A stretch of 64,000 bases of DNA from a virus. Taxonomy: Duplodnaviria > Caudoviricetes. Made by a program: the position numbers and the translations under genes. The notes under the pieces were generated by a model. That model had not been told where the DNA came from. It saw only the letters and a list, made by a program, of their open reading frames with translations, and did not search any database. Below, in pieces: positions 47,889-56,406 of this stretch (position 1 is the stretch's first letter; every line of letters begins with the position of its first letter). The stretch lies in IMG/VR virus record IMGVR_UViG_3300031418_000007, one strand, 5' to 3'.

Positions 47889-48958
47889 TTAAACGCTTTC
47901 CCCATGATGTCGTGTGCCGCTGAGTCCGCCTGCTGGATAGCGGTCATCACGTGCTTGATAAAGGCAATGTAGTTAACCAGGGAACGGAATGCCGCTGCCA
48001 TAGCAAACGCCTCTGCTTTGCCAATGCCTTGCAGGTCTTTCTCTTGCTTGATCTTGACATTGAACAGAGTACCTTCGTTCTTGGAGATCTCTGCCAGCTT
48101 CATGAGGTTGTTAGAGGTGGTTTCCAGTTTATCCACTAATCCGTCGAACTTGCCTTCTGATACGGTGAAGTGATCATCAGCTTTGACCTCGGTTTGTTTC
48201 AGAGGATAGATGGTGAACGCAATGGCATTGTCTTTGTCTTGCGCAACGCTTGCCCACTGTGCGCCGACGACACGGAACTGAGTGTCACCGAACTTACCAC
48301 CCAAGTGCGCCGCCACGGCCTTGCCAAAGTTCTCTACATCCTTCACAGTGACCTTTTTATCTTGTACCTTGGCAAAGAGCTCCTTGGCAGAAGAAAAGGT
48401 CTTAACCGCGCCGTCAGTGCGTTTAACCAGATTATCCAACTCACCGCTTAACCAGTCCAGGTTTGCTGGGAAGGATTTAAAGCGTTTGCTGTCGATCAAG
48501 CTTTTGGCGTTGCCAGGATACTTCAATTCGGTATCGTAATTGATTTCTCCGGCTTTTACTTTTGCTTGCAGCTTGTTGAAGTCTGTTTTAGAACGTGTAC
48601 CAAAACCAAAGAAGGTTTCCGCGAGCCATTTGAAGAAGTTACCAATCATGCTCAGGAAGCGTTTGATCAATGACCATACCGTACCGAAAAGACCTTCACT
48701 GCCGTTTACTTCAGCAGGTGCATTGGGGATCAGAGAAGCAACGCGGAGATAGAGCTGTTCCACGCCACTGCGATCATCCTCAGGCTTGGCTTCGATCTTC
48801 TCTGCTGTTTCCTTGACCTCTTTGCTATCGCCATCCAGGAAAGCGTCTACGGCCTTCTTGTCGGTTTGATACAGGAGTTCTACGGTAGGAGTATTGACGT
48901 AGCGAGTAATAGCGGCTTTCTTTGTATCTTTATCAAAATCTTTGAAAATAGAAGTCAT
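47885..48958 (-). CDS. Inner-head / ejection protein paralog
   Basis: NGSE|GLFGTVWSLIKRFLSMIGNFFKWLAETFFGFG; start MTSIF at 48958 with SD GAGG. Confidence 0.7.
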   Translation of the reverse strand: MTSIFKDFDKDTKKAAITRYVNTPTVELLYQTDKKAVDAFLDGDSKEVKETAEKIEAKPEDDRSGVEQLYLRVASLIPNAPAEVNGSEGLFGTVWSLIKRFLSMIGNFFKWLAETFFGFGTRSKTDFNKLQAKVKAGEINYDTELKYPGNAKSLIDSKRFKSFPANLDWLSGELDNLVKRTDGAVKTFSSAKELFAKVQDKKVTVKDVENFGKAVAAHLGGKFGDTQFRVVGAQWASVAQDKDNAIAFTIYPLKQTEVKADDHFTVSEGKFDGLVDKLETTSNNLMKLAEISKNEGTLFNVKIKQEKDLQGIGKAEAFAMAAAFRSLVNYIAFIKHVMTAIQQADSAAHDIMGKAFK

Positions 48959-48978
48959 AAATAAAAAACCTCGCACTA

Positions 48979-49010
48979 ATACTAAACCCGGGTTGCCCCG
49001 GGTTTAGTAT
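48979..49010 (-). terminator. Hairpin terminator
   Basis: 14-bp stem ATACTAAACCCGGG-TTGC-CCCGGGTTTAGTAT. Confidence 0.8.
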
Positions 49011-49033
49011 ATCGTTTTTTACGCAGTGTTCAC

Positions 49034-50281
49034 TTAGATGTGAGCAGCAACGCCGTCGATCATCGCTTCCAGGACGTTAGACGCCAGAGAAGTTGCAGAA
49101 CGGGTCAGCGCAGCAGAAGACGCAGCAACAGCTTTAACCAGTGCAACTTTGTCACCGGTGTCTTTGTCTTCTTTACCAGCAGAAGCGTTGATGTAACCGA
49201 TCAGTTTGTCGCGCTTAGCAGCAGCGAATTTCTGGTCGATCTTACCGCTTTCCAGTTTGCCGATCGCATTGCTGACGATGTTCAGCTGAGATTTCAGAGC
49301 AGCAGCGCTGGTGATTTTCGGAGCTACTTCGCCAGAAGTCAGTTTGCTGAAGTTATCAGCTTTAACAGTCTTCATGCTCAGGCCACGGGCCAGGGCGCCA
49401 GCTTTCTTCAGATCAGACGCTTCGCCTTCGCCAGTGTGCAGAACAACACGGATACCAGCGATCTGTGCAACCAGTTGACCTTTCTCTTCTTTGCTTGCGC
49501 CAGCGCCAGCAATTTTAGATTTCAGACCAGAAACCAGCGCTTTGTACGCGGTGCTGAATTCAGCCAGAGTGATTTCGCCGTCCAGCAGGTTAGCGTATGC
49601 GCCCAGTGGAGCAGAGACTTCAGCCAGCTCAACAACTTTACCGTTCAGACCTTTGGCTTCGTAATCGATGTAACCGTTCCAGCCGCCCAGCTTAACTTTC
49701 TCTTTCAGCTTCAGGCCGTCTTTGCCCAGTTCAGCATTCAGACCTTCGATGCGACGTTTCATGGCTTTGTTCTTGTTGAACAGGCCGATGAAGAAGTTCA
49801 CAACGGTGTTGAAGATCTTCTTGATAAAAGTGATGACAGCCGCGCCTGCGCCTTTCACTTTATCCATGAAGCCTTCCATGCCGTCGCGTGCCAGAGAAGA
49901 GGCAGTAGAAGCATCGTACAGATCTTCAGCACCCATGCGGGTCGCGCCTTTATCAGATGCGCCGCCCAGACGTTTGTCGGTGATGCGGAAAGCCTGGTTG
50001 TACAGTGCAGAGAACGCTTTGCCGTCGAAGTTACCAGAAGCCAGCATTGACTCCATACCTTCAACCAGATCAGCAACTTCTTCAGTCGCTTCTTCGATAT
50101 CAGTAACCTGCTCGGCTACTTCTTCCAGCACTTCGCCCTGCTCCTGAATTTCGGCATTTGCTTCAGCAACTTCTGCGCGAATTTCAGACACTTCTTCTGC
50201 TACTGAGTCCAGAGTCGCCTGAGCTCCTTCAGAAAGACCCAGTTCTTCGGTACCAGCATAGAGGGATGAATTAAAAGACAT
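49034..50281 (-). CDS. High-copy inner-head / ejection protein (phiKZ gp93-97 / SPN3US gp53-54 family)
   Basis: Very acidic E-rich propeptide, then DGME|GFMDKVKGAGAAVITFIKKIFNTVVNFFIGLF; codon bias as strong as the MCP. Confidence 0.78.
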   Translation of the reverse strand: MSFNSSLYAGTEELGLSEGAQATLDSVAEEVSEIRAEVAEANAEIQEQGEVLEEVAEQVTDIEEATEEVADLVEGMESMLASGNFDGKAFSALYNQAFRITDKRLGGASDKGATRMGAEDLYDASTASSLARDGMEGFMDKVKGAGAAVITFIKKIFNTVVNFFIGLFNKNKAMKRRIEGLNAELGKDGLKLKEKVKLGGWNGYIDYEAKGLNGKVVELAEVSAPLGAYANLLDGEITLAEFSTAYKALVSGLKSKIAGAGASKEEKGQLVAQIAGIRVVLHTGEGEASDLKKAGALARGLSMKTVKADNFSKLTSGEVAPKITSAAALKSQLNIVSNAIGKLESGKIDQKFAAAKRDKLIGYINASAGKEDKDTGDKVALVKAVAASSAALTRSATSLASNVLEAMIDGVAAHI

Positions 50282-50326
50282 TGTACTTCTCCTTGGAGAT
50301 TTTTACTTAAGTAAAAGTTTATTTAA

Positions 50327-51319
50327 TTAAATAACTTTCGATAACACACCTAAGACGTCTTGGATGTATTTATCGACGTAGCTCACCACGCGTGGAGTGA
50401 AACCACTATAAAATGCTAATGCACACGCATTGCCTTTCAAGATGGACTCGGCTTCAGAGATAATCTGAGAACCTACGTTAGTTGTTTCACTTAAACCCTT
50501 GCTGGCCTCTTCTACAACAGAAGACCAACTTTTAACGAAATCAAGATAATCAGCATAAGATCCTTTAACCTGCAAATGCAGATCGTTAAGCTTGGCAATT
50601 TTTGCCAGGACCGACTGAACATCAGACTTCGATGCTTCGAGGTTATGAGACTCACCCGCTGGCTTGTCTCCGGACATAGAATATACTACATCCTTGTCGG
50701 TGAACTTACACTTGACTACTTTACCACCCGGCAGTACGTCTGAAAGCAACCATTCACCATTCTTGTGGGGAAGTTTGTATTCAGGGTAATGAAGGCCTTC
50801 GAACTCTCTAACCACGGCCATGATGTCGTTGGTACCCTTAACGCCTTTCAGCTTACGTGCAACAACCAACTCACGGCTCAGGTGATCTTTGAGATCATGC
50901 GAATGTTTCTGGAACCCTTCCAGGGTCTTGATCAATGTATCGAGATCAGACCCAAAGTCATCCCATTGCCCTGTGCTGGTCAAAGCTGCAACCTGCGCGC
51001 CAGAGAATGTAAAACTATAGGATTCCTCACCTTTCATCGCAGAGGGGATCTTGTTGATCAGTGACTTGTTGCTGTCAAAGGTTTTGGTGAGCTGAGAACC
51101 CGCACCACGAATACCCTTGTCCAGCAGATCCAGTGTATGACCACCCACCCACTTGGCAACCGATAACACGCCGCTACCCAGTTGCTTCATGGACTCACCG
51201 AACTCTTCATTACCGGTACGCGCGCTTAAAGAGTACGCGCCCTGCAAAGGCTGAAACGCATCGACCAGTTCAACGTGCTGTTGACGACAGGCGAGATACA
51301 ACTCTTTAAGCTGCGACAT
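50327..51319 (-). CDS. Inner-head protein paralog
   Basis: TGNE|EFGESMK; LPGGK motif typical of this family. Confidence 0.68.
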   Translation of the reverse strand: MSQLKELYLACRQQHVELVDAFQPLQGAYSLSARTGNEEFGESMKQLGSGVLSVAKWVGGHTLDLLDKGIRGAGSQLTKTFDSNKSLINKIPSAMKGEESYSFTFSGAQVAALTSTGQWDDFGSDLDTLIKTLEGFQKHSHDLKDHLSRELVVARKLKGVKGTNDIMAVVREFEGLHYPEYKLPHKNGEWLLSDVLPGGKVVKCKFTDKDVVYSMSGDKPAGESHNLEASKSDVQSVLAKIAKLNDLHLQVKGSYADYLDFVKSWSSVVEEASKGLSETTNVGSQIISEAESILKGNACALAFYSGFTPRVVSYVDKYIQDVLGVLSKVI

Positions 51320-52635
51320 TATTTCACCGATTTCGCAAAGTTGATGGAATCATTGCACAGGCTGGCAATGGCGTTGAGGGTGATCACCAAGTAGCGCGTG
51401 AAGTCCGCGTTGAGATCCAACAGGTCCTGCTGGTTCTTGCGCACGATCATCGAGTACATCGCCAGGATACGGTGCTTGTCGCTGTCGCTGATTGGCATCT
51501 TGGTAAGGTTATTACCAATGATCTCGTAATCACGCTCTGCTACGCGGTGCTTGATCGCCTTGTTGCAGATAACCAGCCAGTTCTCCAGGATCTTGATCGA
51601 GATCGCACAGACATGACGAATGGTTTCGCTGCCAAAGGTATTGATCTCCTGCTCCATGTCAATGAAGTCAATGGAGTCGCGCTTGTTGAAACGCACACCC
51701 AGATCTTGGATACGGGAATCAAACCAGTCATCGATGGTTTTCACATCTTTGACCTTGATCGGATCCTTCCAACGGGTATCGACCAGGAAACGACCACCCA
51801 TCAGCTCCACAGAACGCAGCTTACGCAACCAGGGAACGTTTTTATCCGAGATGTCGATCTTACATTCACGGAAAGCAGGAACGTTCAGGAGAGGCCCTAC
51901 CTGCATCAGAATCGCAGTGGCTTCTTCATCGGTGGTGACGGATTCAAAGCGAGAGAAGAACGCCATGATCTGCGTCAGCTCTTTCTCAGAGAAGTCGTAG
52001 TAGTTGTTGCTCAGCGCTGAAGTGGTTTTGAACAGGTTCAGGATCTGGTTATACCAGTCTTCCTTTACTTCGCTCTGCACTTTCAGCAGGTTGAACAGAC
52101 GTGCGCTAAGGTTAAAGCGTTCCAGACCATCGTTGAACTCACCCAGGTCTTTGGAAGCGCGCTCAATCATGCGGAAACGTTTGATCAGGGATTCGGTATC
52201 TTCAACCGCCAGAATATAGGCATCATGGAAGTTCTGCACCAGGCGTTTGGTAAAGACCTTGGCATTGTCCAGGGAATCGCTCAGGAAGCTCTCACAGGCC
52301 GCGATACGCGTCAAACGGAACTGACTAGGGCGAAGGGTACGGCCCAGCTCTTCAGCGCCTGCTACGCGGTGTGCGTTGTACGCCACTTCACCTTCATCAA
52401 TGTTAACCACATTGAGTTGGCTCAGTTCGCCGTCAATGGTGACCGCATCTTCCGGGGAGATCTGATGATCAGGGGTGTTTTCCAACAGGGTTTTGATTTC
52501 CTGTACGCGGTTAGTGGAGCCCAGCACCTGGTTGGTGATGTTGTTCAGGTCACGGCTGTCTTTCACCGTTTCCATCAGTTCCAAAGATTTCACGACAGAG
52601 ATCGCAGCCATCTGTTCGTCAAGCTCAGTTGTCAT
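51319..52635 (-). CDS. Inner-head protein (phiKZ gp92-like)
   Basis: Start MTTELD at 52635 with SD GGAG; AGAE|ELG site; ELMGG motif. Confidence 0.65.
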   Translation of the reverse strand: MTTELDEQMAAISVVKSLELMETVKDSRDLNNITNQVLGSTNRVQEIKTLLENTPDHQISPEDAVTIDGELSQLNVVNIDEGEVAYNAHRVAGAEELGRTLRPSQFRLTRIAACESFLSDSLDNAKVFTKRLVQNFHDAYILAVEDTESLIKRFRMIERASKDLGEFNDGLERFNLSARLFNLLKVQSEVKEDWYNQILNLFKTTSALSNNYYDFSEKELTQIMAFFSRFESVTTDEEATAILMQVGPLLNVPAFRECKIDISDKNVPWLRKLRSVELMGGRFLVDTRWKDPIKVKDVKTIDDWFDSRIQDLGVRFNKRDSIDFIDMEQEINTFGSETIRHVCAISIKILENWLVICNKAIKHRVAERDYEIIGNNLTKMPISDSDKHRILAMYSMIVRKNQQDLLDLNADFTRYLVITLNAIASLCNDSINFAKSVK

Positions 52636-53146
52636 AACGGGTTTCTCCCAAAATCGCCAGTAAGATACGGGCCGTGTTTTCCATACCGATGCCACGCAGC
52701 AAACGGTAATAATCGAAGTTGGTGATGTTGTCAGTCAACGCCATAGCGGTACGGGCGGTTGTTTGACGATCGGTAATGAAACGACGTTCCCACGCACCGG
52801 CTGTTTGGTTATTGTGGTTGGTGATCTCTTCCGCACAGCGTACATCGCTCATAATGGCACGAGCAGAACACTTGTCGTTGAGATACATCACAATGGTACT
52901 CATCAGCGATGCCATAGGACCGATACCATTTTTGTAGTTGGCTTCCAAAAAGTCCTGGAAGTTCTCGCCTACCAAAATGCGTGCTGCGCGCAGCACTTCT
53001 TGATAAATGATCGGGTTCGTCTTTTGTCCGTAATCCTGCGTCGTGCTATTAAGGAATGCACGAATAACTTCCTTCGCAGCAAGTACGTCTGCATTCGTTA
53101 CGGCAGCATTGACAAACCCATTTTTAACGCGTACAAACGTACTCAT
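52625..53146 (-). CDS. Conserved head-operon protein (phiKZ gp91-like position)
   Basis: ORF after a late promoter; synteny. Confidence 0.6.
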   Translation of the reverse strand: MSTFVRVKNGFVNAAVTNADVLAAKEVIRAFLNSTTQDYGQKTNPIIYQEVLRAARILVGENFQDFLEANYKNGIGPMASLMSTIVMYLNDKCSARAIMSDVRCAEEITNHNNQTAGAWERRFITDRQTTARTAMALTDNITNFDYYRLLRGIGMENTARILLAILGETRYDN

Positions 53147-53188
53147 AGGGCAGTAACCTCATTAAGCGGGAGGGATGTCGAAAATCAT

Positions 53189-53229
53189 CATAAAATCACT
53201 ACTACTGAGGGTGTGACCCCTCAGTAGTA
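53189..53229 (-). terminator. Hairpin terminator followed by late promoter ATTTTATG
   Basis: TACTACTGAGGG-TGTGAC-CCCTCAGTAGTA (53200-53229) and CATAAAAT (53189-53196). Confidence 0.7.
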
Positions 53230-53238
53230 AATGATGAC

Positions 53239-54132
53239 TTACTGATAGCTGTCGACGATCTTGTTGATTGTACCGGTGTTCTTCACGATTTTCTCGCGAT
53301 AGACTTCGATACGGTGATCCAGTGACGCATCGTTGTTGCCGTTTTTCAGGTTGATTGCCTGGTTGATTTTCATCGCCAGGTATTCGTTGTTTTCCTGAGC
53401 ACTGCGAATGCGCAACAGATCGATTTCACGCATCACGCTGTCGTACCAGTATTTCGGGTTCAGATAATGAATACCGAAACCACGGGCCAAGTCTGGTTTC
53501 TTGCCGCCCATGCCCAGCATGATATCCATGCTGTTCTGATCGTCAGCATCAATTTCTGGAATGCCGTCGATTTCTTTGATGAGCGCAGACTTGCCTTTCA
53601 GCAGCGTAGCGGAAATGTTGGTGTAGTACGCGGAAGAACCGTTCAGGAACATCAGTTCGTTCTTGGTCAGATACTTATCCAGCACAAACCCTGAAGTGGA
53701 GTTCATGCTCAACAGCACATCGATCAGCTTGGTAGAGTAACGCACCCAGAAGTCCAGCTGCTCAACCGTAGACAGAAGATAGACCTGACGTACCGACATG
53801 GTTTCCCCTGCCCACAGCTCTTCTTTATAAGAAGAAACCTGCTTCTTGAGATAATCAGTCAGATACTTCACAACTTCTGCAATGTCTTTCACGGTAGACA
53901 AGGTGGGGGTAGATGCGTTGTAACCCTGCGCGGCTTTAGCCAGGTTATTGGCGATCGACTTGGTCAGTGCCCACTGGCTACTTTCAGCAGTCAGCAACAG
54001 GCCATTGGCTTCGAGACGATTGAGGTTATCAATGATGTCATGAACCGCAACATCAACGGTAGAGATCAACGTCAGAATGTTTTTACGACTGACATTTTTT
54101 ACGCTGGCGGCGTATTCGCGAATTTCGGACAT
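53239..54132 (-). CDS. Inner-body / head protein (phiKZ gp90-like)
   Basis: NPKYW....RE...R......N..LA.KI..A.....G.ND..L..RIE.Y pattern; synteny. Confidence 0.7.
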   Translation of the reverse strand: MSEIREYAASVKNVSRKNILTLISTVDVAVHDIIDNLNRLEANGLLLTAESSQWALTKSIANNLAKAAQGYNASTPTLSTVKDIAEVVKYLTDYLKKQVSSYKEELWAGETMSVRQVYLLSTVEQLDFWVRYSTKLIDVLLSMNSTSGFVLDKYLTKNELMFLNGSSAYYTNISATLLKGKSALIKEIDGIPEIDADDQNSMDIMLGMGGKKPDLARGFGIHYLNPKYWYDSVMREIDLLRIRSAQENNEYLAMKINQAINLKNGNNDASLDHRIEVYREKIVKNTGTINKIVDSYQ

Positions 54133-54134
54133 GA

Positions 54135-55268
54135 TTATTTTCCTGCCAGGATGCGGGCCAGTGCTTCCAGAGAATCAGAGCTGTCGCCTTTCTTGGCTTT
54201 GGCTTCGAGTTCTTTCAGCGTGAAAGTTTCAACCAGGCTGTCGCCGCTGGTGATGAATTCAAAGATGCCGTTACGTTCGTCACAGATCACGAGACGTGAA
54301 GCATCAACAGCTGCAAAGATAGCGTCCAGGTTACGGCCGTTGGAGAAACGTTTGCCAATGGTCAGCTCGATCTGCTTAGCAGTGTCAGAGCTCATGACAA
54401 AGGTGTTTGCCATGGTGTTCATGGAAACCACGCCAGAACGGATAGCCTGCGCTTTGTTGGTGCGTTCGCGCTTGGCCATCTCTTCCAGGTAACCGGTGTT
54501 ATCTTTGTTCTTGATCTTGAACTTCTCTTTGTTGATATCGCTACCAGAGAAGAATTGCGGGCCGGTGATTTCACCTGCGCTCCACATGCTGAGACGTGCA
54601 AAGAAACCGTCTTCAGATTTAGCCGCAGAGAACACGTTAGTTAACTGCTGCGGGTTCATCGGCATCGGACATTCGCGGAAAGTCAGCGGCAGTTCTACCT
54701 TGGCGCCATTGGGTCCATAGGCTGTGACCATGACGACGCGACCGACTGCGAGTGGCGTATACTCGGCGATTTCTGAATAAGACTTCCCAGCAATAGTAAC
54801 AGTACCATCATCACCAGTATCTTCGGATGTTTGGGAACCATCTTTACCACCTTTGTTAAACTTGCCTGGTGCCGGTCCGTTGCCATTCATGGCTTCGCAA
54901 CCGCTAAGACCTACCAGACCAGCACGACGAGGTTGAACACCACCGATGATCTCATCGATTTTGATGCCCATGTTCTCGGCGTTCTTGATTGAGATATGAG
55001 AAAGAACCGCGTGCATATCACGCAGCATGACAACTTGCAGAACGGCTTGCATATAACTTGCATGCAGAATCGTCTTGTCAATGCCCACGATCGGCGCAAC
55101 CATTGTGCGGTTGGCACTGTGTGTGACACTGTGCTTGGTCAGCAAATTGTATGTATTGCTGGCCTTATCCGCTACGCTGGAGGCTGCAGCCACTTCTCCG
55201 TTATCAGGAAAAACCATTTTTGCTGTGTCGAGCAGCAATCGACTGACGCCGATAATAGACCCTATCAT
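54135..55268 (-). CDS. Inner-body / head protein (phiKZ gp89-like)
   Basis: S..A.RT.VAP...ID; PLAVGR.V.V; GEI....F..G.D; SMNT..NTFV.S motifs. Confidence 0.72.
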   Translation of the reverse strand: MIGSIIGVSRLLLDTAKMVFPDNGEVAAASSVADKASNTYNLLTKHSVTHSANRTMVAPIVGIDKTILHASYMQAVLQVVMLRDMHAVLSHISIKNAENMGIKIDEIIGGVQPRRAGLVGLSGCEAMNGNGPAPGKFNKGGKDGSQTSEDTGDDGTVTIAGKSYSEIAEYTPLAVGRVVMVTAYGPNGAKVELPLTFRECPMPMNPQQLTNVFSAAKSEDGFFARLSMWSAGEITGPQFFSGSDINKEKFKIKNKDNTGYLEEMAKRERTNKAQAIRSGVVSMNTMANTFVMSSDTAKQIELTIGKRFSNGRNLDAIFAAVDASRLVICDERNGIFEFITSGDSLVETFTLKELEAKAKKGDSSDSLEALARILAGK

Positions 55269-55290
55269 ACTAACCTCTTATGGCCAAATT

Positions 55291-56406
55291 ATGAGTGAAA
55301 AATTTGATATAAACGATCTCGCCGGGTTAATGAAAACACCAGGTCTAGCTCGCCCTGAGATTTTAAAACAGAATGTAGACAAAGCTTCCAATAAATCAGC
55401 ATTAACAAATGCCGAAGTTCTGTCCATGTTAGACTACGCTTTTCAAGAGCAAGGTGGACCAGGTTACCAGTCCCCGGTAATTAAATCATTGAGCGGTCTG
55501 AGGATCATGGGTCCAGGTAACCAATTCATCCCCATAGCCGACGATGCCATAGGATTGCCCTTTGTTTCACGTCCCTTACTGAACCTTTCAGATGAGAACG
55601 TCTCACGATACCCTGGATTGTTCCCGTTGTACCGCAGCAAACCCAACAGCGTAATGAGCTACATTCGGGGTTTGATGGATAAGCAGTGGGGTGCGGCAAA
55701 CAGTGGCGCAATCAAGTTCCTGGATCCCTTAACTGCCTGGATGACACCCCTGACCAACTACTGTAAAACCAGTAATGGCTTCCCAGATCTCTCCCTCAAT
55801 GTCTCCACCAGTTCACCGGGTTTCCGACAAGAAGTGTATCGTCACATCAGCGGGATCTTGCAGCACAACGGTGCGTTCTCCATGCGTCAGAGTTACCATA
55901 TGTCGCAGCCTAAGTTTCTTCCTTATATCTTTGAGATCTGGCTTAACTATATAAATGAAGTGACGTTAGGGGATAATGGACTGGAACCTTATCCCGATGC
56001 GCTGAAGCAGAGCTACCAGGATTATGACTGTCGCATCTATCACATTATCCTGAACCGTAACATGAAGAATATCGAGTGGATCTTCTGTAACGGCAGCTGT
56101 GTGCCAACGACGTATCCTTCAGGGGCATTCTCCGCTATTGATCGTACCACGAACTCGTTACGCGGTCAGGGTCAGGATGAGTTTGATATCCAGTTCGATT
56201 CGATTGCGTTTCGTTACGGCAACATCTCGGTGGCGCGTATGTTTAACGCCACTACTGAATTCTTTAATAATGGTCTGCGCGATGACGTGCGTGCTTCTAA
56301 GTATAAACGTCTGGAGTTCGACCAGTATTACGGCAATAACTACGAAAATGTTTATCCTTATATCAACATGGATAACATGACGTTAGAATATTGGGTGAAG
56401 AAATGA
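55291..56406 (+). CDS. Baseplate/tail structural protein (phiKZ gp88-like)
   Basis: Likely start MSEKF at 55291; GLPFVSRPLLNLSDEN, DYDCRIY.I.L motifs. Confidence 0.65.
   Translation: MSEKFDINDLAGLMKTPGLARPEILKQNVDKASNKSALTNAEVLSMLDYAFQEQGGPGYQSPVIKSLSGLRIMGPGNQFIPIADDAIGLPFVSRPLLNLSDENVSRYPGLFPLYRSKPNSVMSYIRGLMDKQWGAANSGAIKFLDPLTAWMTPLTNYCKTSNGFPDLSLNVSTSSPGFRQEVYRHISGILQHNGAFSMRQSYHMSQPKFLPYIFEIWLNYINEVTLGDNGLEPYPDALKQSYQDYDCRIYHIILNRNMKNIEWIFCNGSCVPTTYPSGAFSAIDRTTNSLRGQGQDEFDIQFDSIAFRYGNISVARMFNATTEFFNNGLRDDVRASKYKRLEFDQYYGNNYENVYPYINMDNMTLEYWVKK

Noticed and set aside
49040-50050. 336-aa plus-strand ORF antisense to the high-copy head gene
   Set aside because: Shadow ORF from strong codon bias on the minus strand; no SD or motif, and the composition is typical of antisense frames.
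55075-55290. N-terminal 72 aa of ORF 55075..56406 overlapping the gp89-like gene
   Set aside because: Longest-ORF artefact; the plausible start is 55291. The same applies to the extended starts at 26204, 26317, 44969, 52695 and 60110.
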